A stretch of DNA of 34,343 nucleotides from Savitreella phatthalungensis (Eukaryota): contig AP039712.1 of the NCBI GenBank assembly GCA_051599415.1, positions 186,001 through 220,343 on the forward strand, in the 5' to 3' direction. Position numbers and translations under genes: made by a program. The notes under the pieces are model-generated. The model did not search any database. It was not told the DNA's origin and saw nothing but the letters and a program-made list of their open reading frames with translations. Positions within the stretch are counted from its first letter, which is position 1; each line of letters starts with the position of its first letter. This document shows, in pieces, positions 1 through 9,299 of the stretch.

Positions 1-844
1 AGGTGGCTTGCATGCTGATCTGCGCGGACGTCGGCGGTCCTGGAGCTTTGTACCTTGTGTGATCCTTACTTGAGTTTGGGCCGTCTGCTTGGCGATAGTA
101 CATGTTGTAGAGATACCCTGAATCCTTGGGGTCGAGACCCTGTGGGATTGCTATGCCACGAGGCCATCCGGTGGCCTGCTTGATTGTGTTCCATGGTTTC
201 GCGAGAGAAGTCTCACGGACAAGTCGATCGCCAGCCGTACTCTTCGCAGGAGGTGAGCCCTCGCGCACCTCCACGTGAACACACTGCACGTACATCTGCA
301 CGCCCCTGCCCCCGTTGCGCGACCACATCACCTCAGCCTCATGCAGCGCAGGCAACTCCGTCCTCAGTACCGCTCCGCCCAACGGCATCTCCTTTGGAAT
401 CTGCACATTTAGGTATCCTCGTCCGCGAATCAATCTATCACTCTCCCACCCTTCCGACGCCGACCACTTGCCACTGTACAGCTTGGTGAACCCAGTGGCG
501 CGGTCGACGGCCGGCGTGGGCTTGGTGGTGTCGGCCGGTGCTCCGTAGATGAGGATGACGCCTGCGTGTGAGGGCGCGACGATGTCGTCTTCCGGCCTAT
601 CGTGCTTGAACTGGAAGGTGAGCGTGGACCCACGGTACACGGGCACGAATGTCGGGTCCACGGATGCAGTCCGGCCGCACTCGAGGTCAGACGACGTGAA
701 GTCCACTGTCGGACCATTGTCGCGAAGCACAGACATTGCTCGGCCAGCCCCAGCAGTCACACCGTCCACGAAAAACTGGTGCAGCGACATGTGCGCCCAC
801 ACGCCACACGCCAGAGGCGCTACCATCGCCAGCGTGATAAGCAT
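1..844 (-). CDS. AA9 lytic polysaccharide monooxygenase (GH61), 3'-truncated by the window edge
   Basis: Manual translation of the minus strand from the ATG at 844 is open to base 1: MLITLAMVAPLACGVWA|HMSLHQFFVDG...DLECGR...DDIVAPSHAGVILIYGAP...GFTKLY...LRTELPALHEAE...GVQMYVQCVHV...GIAIPQGLDPKDSGYLYNMY...APGP. It has a signal peptide followed by His1, the second His (SHAG), the second-sphere His/Gln and the axial Tyr. Confidence 0.9.
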   Translation of the reverse strand, partial: MLITLAMVAPLACGVWAHMSLHQFFVDGVTAGAGRAMSVLRDNGPTVDFTSSDLECGRTASVDPTFVPVYRGSTLTFQFKHDRPEDDIVAPSHAGVILIYGAPADTTKPTPAVDRATGFTKLYSGKWSASEGWESDRLIRGRGYLNVQIPKEMPLGGAVLRTELPALHEAEVMWSRNGGRGVQMYVQCVHVEVREGSPPAKSTAGDRLVRETSLAKPWNTIKQATGWPRGIAIPQGLDPKDSGYLYNMYYRQADGPNSSKDHTRYKAPGPPTSAQISMQAT

Positions 845-1016
845 GCTCGAGTCCTGTCAAGCGGCATCGTGGGAGCGAGGAGACATGCGCACTTTTATGG
901 CTGACGGGTAGAGGCGGACATGGGTAACAGACGGCGTTTCACTTGTCAAAAGGTGAAGTTGGCGTTTTGTGATGAATTGGAGGCGATGACGCGTGTGTAC
1001 AGTAAATGATCGATGA

Positions 1017-2366
1017 CTACGAGCTCTTTCTCGGCCTCAATTTCTTGCACTTCCGCAGAAACTGCTTCGGAGACGACGTCATCGTCGGCACTGGTATCGG
1101 TGTCGGTGTCGGTGTCGGGATTTGCACCGGAATTTTGATCGGTAGACTCGACTGTGCAGGCGCACTCAACGCCGAAGACGAGCTAGCTATAGATGTCTTT
1201 GCAAGCGTCGATGCATCTGCCTTAGCCACGATAATTGGCGTCGTGACTGCGATAATCGGGGACAATGATGCTATCGGCGTGGTCGCCGCTGGTGATGATC
1301 CAGCAGCCGATAGCCTTGCCGGCGGCGATGCTTCCGTCTTGGATGTGACGACCGGGGTCGTGGCTGCAGCAATTGGAATGGACGACGACGGTGTGGCATG
1401 CATTGACGTGTTCGAGGTTGCTGTGCCCGGCGTATCACCTACACCTGCATCGACTGCCTTCATGGGTGGCGTGTTGGTGCCATTTGGTGGACCCCACGTC
1501 ACATCGACAGCGCAGTTCGCGTTCACTGCAGGGCCTGGAGCTCTGAAGTCGGTCCAATCGGACTTCTCGTTGTGGTATAGATCGTAGTGGTATCCTGGAT
1601 CCTCGTCCGAAAGATCTTGTGGGAAGTTAATGCCTTTTGTGAGAGCAATCCTATTGCCGCCACTAGACGCGCCCGCTGTTGCTGTAGTAGCAGCAGCTTT
1701 GGCAAAGTTGTCGGTCGCCCCGAAGGTTAGGTCGGTCTGCAGTGGACCATCGACCCTGACAGGAGAAGGCTCGTCCCCCATTACTGAGAGTTGCGTGCAC
1801 TGTATGTACAGTTGAACGCCAGAGCCCGTGAGTCGGAAGATCCTGTCGGCCTCGTGCATGGCCGTCAATTCAGTCCGGAAGATGTAGTTGCCGTCCGGGA
1901 GTGTGTCCGGCACACGCCAATTGACGATCCCTGAGTTATTCCTCAGCTTGTAGTTGTCCCAACCCTCGACTCCACCAGCCTTGTCGTAGTGGCCATGGTG
2001 CATCTTGGTGAAGCCAACAGTCCTGTTAGGCTTGCCAGTGACTGGATTAGCAGGAGCCACGTACAACATCCAAATGCCCCGGTGACTGGTATCAACAACG
2101 TCGTCACCAACAAAGCCGTGAGCGTACTGCATAGAGATGATCGAGCCGCGCTTGGCTGGCAACCACCTGCCGTTCGGCTTTGAGGTGTACGTCGTATTGT
2201 GTCCACATTCTACCTCTTCGAGAGTGAAATCACGGACAGGATCATTTGAGGCAATCACAGCGGTACCGACGAACTTGCCCGGCGTGACGCCGTTCACAAA
2301 AGTTTGCCAGATGAGCGTGTGCGCGCCGGCGGCTGTGTACAGAGAAGTGAATAGCAGGGAGTACAT
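1017..2366 (-). CDS. AA9 LPMO with S/T/P/A-rich disordered C-terminal extension
   Basis: Likely start MYSLLFTSLYTAAGA|H at ATG 2366 (the track start at 2417 lies upstream of the signal peptide). Motifs: NDPVRDF...ECG, DTSHRG, GFTKM, VPDTLPDGNYIFRTELTAMHEA, QLYIQC, FPQDLSDEDPG, APGPAV. Confidence 0.9.
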   Translation of the reverse strand: MYSLLFTSLYTAAGAHTLIWQTFVNGVTPGKFVGTAVIASNDPVRDFTLEEVECGHNTTYTSKPNGRWLPAKRGSIISMQYAHGFVGDDVVDTSHRGIWMLYVAPANPVTGKPNRTVGFTKMHHGHYDKAGGVEGWDNYKLRNNSGIVNWRVPDTLPDGNYIFRTELTAMHEADRIFRLTGSGVQLYIQCTQLSVMGDEPSPVRVDGPLQTDLTFGATDNFAKAAATTATAGASSGGNRIALTKGINFPQDLSDEDPGYHYDLYHNEKSDWTDFRAPGPAVNANCAVDVTWGPPNGTNTPPMKAVDAGVGDTPGTATSNTSMHATPSSSIPIAAATTPVVTSKTEASPPARLSAAGSSPAATTPIASLSPIIAVTTPIIVAKADASTLAKTSIASSSSALSAPAQSSLPIKIPVQIPTPTPTPIPVPTMTSSPKQFLRKCKKLRPRKSS

Positions 2367-2814
2367 GAAGCTGAGGAAGCCCTTGTTACAGCACTTATAC
2401 ATGAACCATAAATGCAATTGTTTGCCTTGGAGGTACGGATTGGGACACTATCACAATCAATAAAATGGCATGTCAACATGTGTCCGTCATCGAAAGACGC
2501 ACTTCCTGACCCTGTCTGATAGACCTCTTGAACAGAATGTGATTGTTCCTTCTCACATTGATGAATGGATGTGAGATGAGTTGACTTCTTGGATAGATTG
2601 TGTGTTCGTAAGGGTGGTAAAGTGCATTTGAAACACGTGATCAAAACAGCTCGAGATGAAATCGTTTCTCTTGCGGATCGACTAGCATGGATGCAGTAGC
2701 AGCAACAGCCGCACCAACAGGAGTAATACAGACGTCCGACGCGCTTCAATCAAGACAACCCTTCTCAAGATTAGGGCTTAGTACAGTTCTTTCTGAGTGG
2801 ACAACCTTCCAAAG

Positions 2815-3219
2815 ATGAAGCTTGTCAGATTCCTGATGAAGCTGACAAATGAGACGGTCACCATCTCACTAAAGAATGGTTCATCTGCGACAGGCACGGT
2901 CGTCGCTGTGGACATGCAGATGAACGTTCATCTGAAGCACGTCAAATTGGCTTCGCCAGAGGAAGGCGCTCCTGTACAATCGCTCGACACGATGCAGGTT
3001 CGAGGCAGCAATATTCGATACTTCGAGCTCCCAGACTCCCTGCCTCTCGACACGCTCCTCATTGACGATGCGCCAAAGAGCAAAAAGCACGGGCGTCCAT
3101 CGACCGAAGTCGTCCGTGGCGGCGGAGCTAGGGGCAGGGGTCGTGGAGGTATGCGAGGTGGTCGGGGAGGCAGAGGTGGGTTCCGCGGCAGAGGAGGCTC
3201 CCGCCCAGGACCCTATTGA
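2815..3219 (+). CDS. SMD1: Small nuclear ribonucleoprotein Sm D1
   Basis: [22 protein letters not shown]...[10 protein letters not shown]...[21 protein letters not shown] plus an RG-rich tail. ATG at 2815 (the track start at 2797 is GTG). Confidence 0.96.
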   Translation: MKLVRFLMKLTNETVTISLKNGSSATGTVVAVDMQMNVHLKHVKLASPEEGAPVQSLDTMQVRGSNIRYFELPDSLPLDTLLIDDAPKSKKHGRPSTEVVRGGGARGRGRGGMRGGRGGRGGFRGRGGSRPGPY

Positions 3220-3300
3220 GCGAGGACAAAGAAGGTCGCGCACGGACACCCACTGGTACTTAAGAACGGGTCTACGCAACAGTGTAGACCTCACGAAAGG

Positions 3301-3864
3301 ATGGGCGCTGGCGCTATGTACGTACTGCTAAACGGACTGCGCGTCCTTATGGTCTCAGCACTCGCGCTCTCGGCGTTCGCCAGCTGCGTCGTCATCGGTG
3401 GCATGCGAAGTGACGTGCAGACATACTTCTTCAATATTCTCGCATCAGCGTACCGATGCGTGGTCTGCATCTTGCTGATCATGGTGGAAGTTCCGCCGAA
3501 AAAGGTATCCCAATACGTGACACGGCACCTGGCCATCCTCGGAGACGGTCACTCGCTCGTCTGGCTCGGCATCACCGGATGTGTCTTAGCTGCAAGTCTG
3601 CTGGCGGATCTGCGACTGTCACCGCTCACGGACCTGCCGACCGCATGGCATTCCGTCATCTTTGCAGCAGGCATCGTCTTTGGTCTCATCTCGCTCGTCT
3701 ACTGCGCCATGCCCGTCGTCCTGTGGGGCTGGCCATCCGGCGATGACCGCAGACTCCGACGCGAAGGCGCTGCAGGGGAAAAGAAACAACCACCACTCCC
3801 GCTCGTCACGGCCAAACACCGAGCCAGTTCATCCGTCTATATGCCCAACACATACCTCTCATGA
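3301..3864 (+). CDS. Fungal multi-pass (about 4 TM) membrane protein of unknown function
   Basis: 187-aa ATG-initiated ORF filling the intergenic space, with four hydrophobic segments (YVLLNGLRVLMVSAL..., AYRCVVCILLIMVE, LVWLGITGCVLAASLL, VIFAAGIVFGLISLVY) and a polar tail. Confidence 0.7.
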   Translation: MGAGAMYVLLNGLRVLMVSALALSAFASCVVIGGMRSDVQTYFFNILASAYRCVVCILLIMVEVPPKKVSQYVTRHLAILGDGHSLVWLGITGCVLAASLLADLRLSPLTDLPTAWHSVIFAAGIVFGLISLVYCAMPVVLWGWPSGDDRRLRREGAAGEKKQPPLPLVTAKHRASSSVYMPNTYLS

Positions 3865-3879
3865 AAACGCCCGGAGTAA

Positions 3880-3919
3880 TCGAGTCGAGTCAAGTCAAAT
3901 CAAATCAAACCACATCAAG
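3880..3919 (+). repeat. Degenerate 5-mer microsatellite (TCGAG/TCAAG/TCAAA)
   Basis: tcgagtcgagtcaagtcaaatcaaatcaaaccacatcaag between convergent 3' ends. Confidence 0.55.
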
Positions 3920-3972
3920 TGAGAAAATAAATCGCATCGTCATACAAAATTACCGTCGGTGATGGTGGTCGT

Positions 3973-4079
3973 CTACAGAAGTGTCAAGAGCAAGCCTGCC
4001 AGCAGGGCGCTCGATGGTTGCACGATTACAGTAGTGTCATGAGCAGGCCTGCTAGAAGGGCGCTCGACAGTGGGACGAT
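3973..4079 (-). repeat. 53-bp-period tandem duplication of the GPI-signal coding end
   Basis: Copy 1 (4079-4026) reads IVPLSSALLAGLLMTLL*. Copy 2 (4026-3973) reads IVQPSSALLAGLLLTLL*. 44 of 54 nt are identical. Confidence 0.9.
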
Positions 4080-4493
4080 TGTGCGTGCTGCACCGTTTGA
4101 TCTTGGTACGGTCGGTGTCGTTGTCTGTGCAGCTGCGGCTGTTGCCGTGCAGGCGGCGCAGATTGTCGTCGTTTGTGTGAGTGTGAGTGGTGTCTGTGTG
4201 GCTGCAGGGACGACGGTCGTCAGCGTCAGTGGTGCAGCGGTGGATGAAGAGACGACCGCTCCTGCGCCAGCGCCAGCGCCGGATGATGTGCCGTTGGACG
4301 ATGTGCCATTTGTATAAGGCGCGGTCGTGTTGTAGACCACGGTGACGTTGAGATTCACGCCAGCAGCAGCAGCGGACGCCACCTCGGCAGCTGGCACATA
4401 TGCACCACCAACAGGTCTCGGATCGCTCACAAAGCTGCCGATCTGTGCGTGCGCACCGAGTGCAAAGGTGAAAAGAGTGACTGAGAGCTTCAT
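4026..4493 (-). CDS. Small secreted S/T-rich, probably GPI-anchored cell-surface protein
   Basis: Signal peptide MKLSVTLFTFALGAHA (ATG 4493), N-glycosylation sequons (NVT, NTT, NGT), T/A-rich body with CAAC, omega-like SNGA followed by a hydrophobic C-terminus. TATA-like TTATAAG about 50 nt upstream. Confidence 0.85.
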   Translation of the reverse strand: MKLSVTLFTFALGAHAQIGSFVSDPRPVGGAYVPAAEVASAAAAGVNLNVTVVYNTTAPYTNGTSSNGTSSGAGAGAGAVVSSSTAAPLTLTTVVPAATQTPLTLTQTTTICAACTATAAAAQTTTPTVPRSNGAARTIVPLSSALLAGLLMTLL

Positions 4494-4767
4494 CGTTGTC
4501 TGAAAGTGATGGTCAGAGACCTTCCATCGAGGCAAACGTCCAGCTTATAAGGCGAGTTGCCAGGCAGTTGCTATTTTCAGCACCAATTCCAAATCGGGCA
4601 TATTTCATGCAACCCATAAAAAAACATAAATCGTAAATAGGGCGTAGAGATGGCTGGTAAAGAGAATTAGTGTCCCAAGGCTCAAGCTCAAGCTTCACAA
4701 GGCTTACTTGACCGGTTGAAGCGCACATCATTCGTGATCAGATGGATCGTCGTCGGAAAGCTGCATC

Positions 4768-5331
4768 TCAACCTTTGCTGAGTGTGCGCTCTTCTCGTCG
4801 CCGTCGCTTGTCTTCGCGGTGCTTGGCCCGTTGCTCCTTGCGCTCCCTCTTTTCCTTGCGCTTTTCCCTGCGTTGACGGCGCTCCTCTTTCCTCAGTGCA
4901 CGTGCCTGTTTCTCGAGCTCGTCGTCAGCGAGCAGTCCGAGTGACGCCTCGACTGTGGCTTTCACCGGTGCATCCTCAGTCTTCATCGTCCCGCCCCAGC
5001 AGAAGACCTTATCGAGCGACCGCGTCAGCAGCTTCCGATTCGACGGCACCTCCCGCTCAGGCGCCGCGACAGCCTTCGGAGCAGGACCACCGGGCACACC
5101 GATACTCGCGAGCTTGCTTGCAAACACATTCGACCACCAGTCGTCTCCTTCGCCTTCTCCTGGCGTACTGATCCCGGCAGACGCTCCACCACGACGAGCG
5201 TGCGCAGCGTGTCCTAAACCCTTGGCGTCACGCTTGTGGGCGGCAAGCAGCTGATGCTGTAAACCACCTTTCCGCAATGGGTGACCGTCACCGGCCCATC
5301 CCTGCCGCGACAGGAGCGCCCTGGCATCCAT
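4768..5331 (-). CDS. TMA23: Tma23-like G-patch ribosome biogenesis protein
   Basis: MDARALLSRQGW..G..LRKGGL...L.A.HKRDAKGLG (divergent G-patch), DDWWSNVF motif and a K/E/R-rich C-terminus, matching Tma23 architecture. Confidence 0.8.
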   Translation of the reverse strand: MDARALLSRQGWAGDGHPLRKGGLQHQLLAAHKRDAKGLGHAAHARRGGASAGISTPGEGEGDDWWSNVFASKLASIGVPGGPAPKAVAAPEREVPSNRKLLTRSLDKVFCWGGTMKTEDAPVKATVEASLGLLADDELEKQARALRKEERRQRREKRKEKRERKEQRAKHREDKRRRREERTLSKG

Positions 5332-5481
5332 GTCGATGCGCTACGGACCTCCTTATGCCTGCTGTGGTTCTCCTTTAGATTGTGTCCCTGATTTCGTGAT
5401 CATGTGCATGCATTATTTACTCTACGTAGATACATTCGCCGCGGATTTATTTCAATCGTGGCGTGCAGTGTATTGCAGGTC

Positions 5482-7629
5482 TCATCGACTGCCTGCGAAC
5501 TCCGACAGGCTATCGACGATCAGGCGGAGCACTCCCTGGACGCGGTCCTTGAGTGGGCGGAACTCACAGGCGACAGAAAGATCAGTCAGATCGATCTTGG
5601 CCGTGTGTGCATCGACCTTGATGGTGAGTGATTTCGGGATGCCGTCCTCGACGTTGTCATCGCCAAACTGTGACTTGAACAGTCGCAAGATCTTGTCCGC
5701 GCGTTCGTCCGATGGACGAGTCTTCTCCGCATCATCGTGATCGTGCTCGTGGTCGTGGCCTTCCCCATCGGCATGTTCGTGGCTGTGCTGACAAGGGCGA
5801 CTAGTCATTTTGACGCTCTGCGGCGCGCTTTCCACGCGAGCGAGGACAGCGACGACGGAGTCAGCGACGGTGTCATCAATCGCGCCACCACGCCAGTCGA
5901 CTGTCACTCTGCCGCGCTTCGTGTCCAGCGCGATGTGCACTCTGTCGAGGATGTCGTACTCGTGGACATGTTTCTCGCCCTCGGTCAACTCGTGTGCGAC
6001 GACGGCACCGAAGACCTGCCGCAGATGCCATTCAATCAGGTGGTGGGTGGCAGAGGTTCGGAGGGAATGACGTTGCCGCACGACCGTTGTACCGATTTGA
6101 GACTCCTCCTGGAGATCGTCCGGCGACATGAGTGTCAGCTCAAAGTCCCGCTGTACCAAAATACCGTCCAGCACCTTGTTCTCCGCGCCCTTGAACACCC
6201 GCGCCATCTCTCCCACAACCTTGGCAACCTTGACACTCTCAAACTCGAGCTCGAGTGGCTCGCAGTTGCGCGGGTTCCAGATGTGTTTCTCCAGATCTGT
6301 ACCTCTGAGGGAAGAGTACTTTGACAGCAGGGCAGACTTGAGTTTGCCCATGTTGGTCTGCTCACCGTGGACGAGGACGATGTGCTTTGCGTCGACCTCG
6401 TGAATGAAGTCTCGATTCTGCTGGAAGTCGACGTGCGCCGCGAAAGAGAGCTCTTCGACCGCCATGCGTCTAGGAATCCGTTGGCCTGTCGTGGCACTGG
6501 TGATCTCACTCGGCTCATTCATGATCAGCTTCGCCATTGTTCCCTCGACAGAGTAGCCAGTCACGAACAAGAGATTGCGCTCGTCCGGTGCCCACCGCTC
6601 AAGCAGCGTCCTCGAATTACCGTTCTGCAGCATGCCCGGGGAAGCGAGCATGACTGAGGGTCCAATATCATCGAATCGATCGAGACTGCGAAGGGAAGAA
6701 ATATGCCGAAAGACGAATGGATTGCGTGTGAGAAACTCTTTGCGGATTGCGGGCGCCATGGTGTGGATATATGTCTGGTAGACCGCCATGCATTTCTTTG
6801 CCAGCGAGGAGATGTAGTATACTGGGACGTGCTGGAGCTCCGGATGCCGTTCCCAGTACTCCTCCAGGATCAGCAGCAGCTCCTGTGCACGTCCGAGAGC
6901 GAAGACAGGCAGAAGTACTCTGCCGCCGCGCTGTACCGTCTTCGTGATCAGGTTGATAAATCGCGACTCCTTTTCTACCCGCGGGATGTGTGTTGCCGTG
7001 CCGTACGTCGATTCTGTGATGAGGATATCAGGCTTTTCAGGCGGCACCTCTGCAACGTTCAGATGACGATCCTCCTCACGCGAGTAGTCCCCGGTGAAGA
7101 GGATCTTGACGCCTGCGATCTCGATGAAGTACATCGCGCCGCCGAGCACATGTCCGGCGTGGTAGGCCGTGAATTTGATTCCGTTGACGACCTGCGTCGA
7201 GTGGTAGTCCACAGCCTCGATCTGCTCAAAGGACTTATTCAGCTCAGCCTCTGAGTACAGCTGCTCGACGTCGTTTGCGGCCGCACCTGCACTGGAGACC
7301 CGGACAAAGTCCGACATGAGCCATCTGTAGATCGCCTTTGTGGGATGAGTCATGAAGACGCGGCCGCGAAAGTTGGTCTTCTGCATGACGTGCGGAAGTG
7401 AGGCTGCATGGTCGAGGTGGAAGTGAGAAATGAGGAGGATGTCGACCTCTGAAAGGTCAAACTCGTCATAATATGGTAAGGATGCTTGACCTGTGAAGGC
7501 AGGGTGAACGCCAGCGTCGAGCATGATCGTCTTGTCTTTGAACTGGACGATGTGACATGATCGGCCGACCTCGCACCCTGCGCCAAGGTTTGTGATGGTC
7601 AGGGTATCTGTCGCTGGTCTTTTGGCCAT
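5482..7629 (-). CDS. YSH1: CPSF73/Ysh1 pre-mRNA 3'-end endonuclease
   Basis: GAGCEVGRSC, LISHFHLDHAASLP (HxHxDH), AGHVLGGA, TGDYSREEDRHL, PVFALGRAQELLL, SFAAHVD, LVHGE and a CPSF73-100 C-terminal domain. Confidence 0.97.
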   Translation of the reverse strand: MAKRPATDTLTITNLGAGCEVGRSCHIVQFKDKTIMLDAGVHPAFTGQASLPYYDEFDLSEVDILLISHFHLDHAASLPHVMQKTNFRGRVFMTHPTKAIYRWLMSDFVRVSSAGAAANDVEQLYSEAELNKSFEQIEAVDYHSTQVVNGIKFTAYHAGHVLGGAMYFIEIAGVKILFTGDYSREEDRHLNVAEVPPEKPDILITESTYGTATHIPRVEKESRFINLITKTVQRGGRVLLPVFALGRAQELLLILEEYWERHPELQHVPVYYISSLAKKCMAVYQTYIHTMAPAIRKEFLTRNPFVFRHISSLRSLDRFDDIGPSVMLASPGMLQNGNSRTLLERWAPDERNLLFVTGYSVEGTMAKLIMNEPSEITSATTGQRIPRRMAVEELSFAAHVDFQQNRDFIHEVDAKHIVLVHGEQTNMGKLKSALLSKYSSLRGTDLEKHIWNPRNCEPLELEFESVKVAKVVGEMARVFKGAENKVLDGILVQRDFELTLMSPDDLQEESQIGTTVVRQRHSLRTSATHHLIEWHLRQVFGAVVAHELTEGEKHVHEYDILDRVHIALDTKRGRVTVDWRGGAIDDTVADSVVAVLARVESAPQSVKMTSRPCQHSHEHADGEGHDHEHDHDDAEKTRPSDERADKILRLFKSQFGDDNVEDGIPKSLTIKVDAHTAKIDLTDLSVACEFRPLKDRVQGVLRLIVDSLSEFAGSR

Positions 7630-7727
7630 CGCGTCCGTCCTTTCACCTATTTGTGCATCCTGTGAAGATGTCTTTTTGTACTCGGAAGTTCAAGTAGATT
7701 TGACGTTCTGTAACCACGTACGTATCT

Positions 7728-8777
7728 ATGACACATCTTGCCGACATGAGCTGGCACGAGAGTGCACCGACAGGGATGCAGGCGAGTATTGGCGTAGGTA
7801 TTGCAGGTCCAGGGCCCGTGGCTCCGATTCAGTCGCTACCATCGCAACAACAGCAACAGCAGCAGCAGCAGCAACAACCACCACAGCAGCAGCAGCAGCC
7901 AGGTCAGCCAGGGCAGCAGCAAGGACAGCAGCAGCAGCAGATGAGCGCTGCAGACCAGCAAAGGATCTACGGGTGGATAGAGGAGCTTCTGTCGACACAA
8001 CCGAGCAATCTTCGGCGGCGCGAGACAGCTTTATTGGAACTGAGCAAGAAGCGAGAGAACTTTGATGATCTGGCATTGATCCTATGGAACTCGTTCGGAG
8101 TGATGACTTCCCTGCTGATCGAGATCACATCGGTGTATCCGTTGTTGAACCCACCAGTGCTGACGGTGCCGGTGAGCAACAGGGTGTGCAACGCGCTCGC
8201 ACTCCTCCAATGCGTTGCATCACATCCGCAGACACGTTCACACTTCCTGAATGCACACATTCCGCTCTTCCTCTACCCTTTCCTGAACACGACGAGCAAG
8301 GCACGGCCGTTTGAGTATTTGAGGTTGACGTCGCTTGGTGTCATTGGAGCGCTGGTCAAGAACGATTCGTCAGAGGTGGTCTCGTTCCTGCTTTCTACGG
8401 AGATCATTCCATTGTGTTTGAGGATCATGGAGACTGGATCAGAGCTGTCAAAGACGGTAGCCATCTTCGTCGTCCAGAAGATTCTGAACGACGACGGTGG
8501 CTTGGGTTACATCTGTCAGACTTATGAGCGGTTCTACGCCGTCGGGACGGTGCTGAGCAACATGGTCCAACAGCTGACACAGACGCAGGCAGTCAGGCTG
8601 CTCAAACACGTCGTCAGATGCTACCTCCGTCTGAGTGACAACCCACGTGCAAGGGAAGCTCTACGGCAGTGTCTACCCGAGCCACTGCGCGATGCAACAT
8701 TTGGGCTGGTGCTGAAGGACGATGTGGCTACGAAGAGAGCATTGGCCCAGCTGCTGATGAATCTGAGCGATGGGTGA
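7728..8777 (+). CDS. RCD1: CCR4-NOT subunit Rcd1/Caf40/CNOT9 with N-terminal polyQ
   Basis: [80 protein letters not shown]. The true start may be the ATG at 7746. Confidence 0.97.
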   Translation: MTHLADMSWHESAPTGMQASIGVGIAGPGPVAPIQSLPSQQQQQQQQQQQPPQQQQQPGQPGQQQGQQQQQMSAADQQRIYGWIEELLSTQPSNLRRRETALLELSKKRENFDDLALILWNSFGVMTSLLIEITSVYPLLNPPVLTVPVSNRVCNALALLQCVASHPQTRSHFLNAHIPLFLYPFLNTTSKARPFEYLRLTSLGVIGALVKNDSSEVVSFLLSTEIIPLCLRIMETGSELSKTVAIFVVQKILNDDGGLGYICQTYERFYAVGTVLSNMVQQLTQTQAVRLLKHVVRCYLRLSDNPRAREALRQCLPEPLRDATFGLVLKDDVATKRALAQLLMNLSDG

Positions 8778-8946
8778 TCAGGCATCCTAGTCGCGACGAG
8801 ATGCTCATGATTAGATTCTGCTTTACCAGATTCCTCAATATTGTTGCCATGCTCCACAATCGATCACTCACGAATGGTAACTCCGGAGGTCAGTGCGATG
8901 CCAAATGCACGGTGATGCACAGGCATGCATGGAGATGCATTCATAG

Positions 8947-9061
8947 AGGTTAGTGGGGAGGTCAGTGGAGAGGTCAGTGGGGAGGTCAGTGGGGAGGTCA
9001 GTGGGGTGGTCAGTGGAGAGGTCAGTGGAGAGGTCAGTGGAGAGGTCAGTGGAGAGGTCAG
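8947..9061 (+). repeat. 12-bp minisatellite AGGTCAGTGG(A/G)G, about 9.6 copies
   Basis: Nine full units and one partial unit read directly from the sequence. Confidence 0.95.
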
Positions 9062-9299
9062 GAAGTGGTGAGGGCCTCTCGAATCGCGGGGACCATGCTG
9101 ACGGAGAAGCGTGCCATGTAATTATTCAGTACGATATCTACGGGCAGAGAGCCATAGCTAGCTAGCTAGATTATACCTGGCTCGGCGGTTTAGCTGGGGA
9201 AATGTATCATTTATTCTAAGCATCGACATCTGAATAAACATCATATTCTGGTTCATATTGTCCTTGGCTGGCACGGTCCATGAACACCTCAAATTGAGT

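Noticed and set aside
184..911. Plus-strand ORFs 184-489, 315-548, 549-911 and 602-904
   Set aside because: Antisense shadows of the minus-strand AA9 gene at 1-844.
1006..1587. 193-aa hydrophobic-looking + ORF
   Set aside because: Antisense to the low-complexity AA9 tail.
2771..2776. Single TTAGGG upstream of SMD1 (another at 9433) as a telobox/Teb1-type site
   Set aside because: An isolated hexamer is expected many times by chance in 34 kb.
5720..5800. His-rich stretch in the Ysh1 C-terminus (CQHSHEH...HDHEHDHDD)
   Set aside because: A low-complexity expansion in a variable loop. Nothing supports a separate function.
8953..9165. 70-aa ORF with (SVER/SVGR)n
   Set aside because: Translation of the 12-bp minisatellite, with a non-ATG start.
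9170..9200. ATTATACCTGG resembling the U1 snRNA 5' end
   Set aside because: Does not match ACTTACCTG, and no U1 stem-loops are recognisable downstream.
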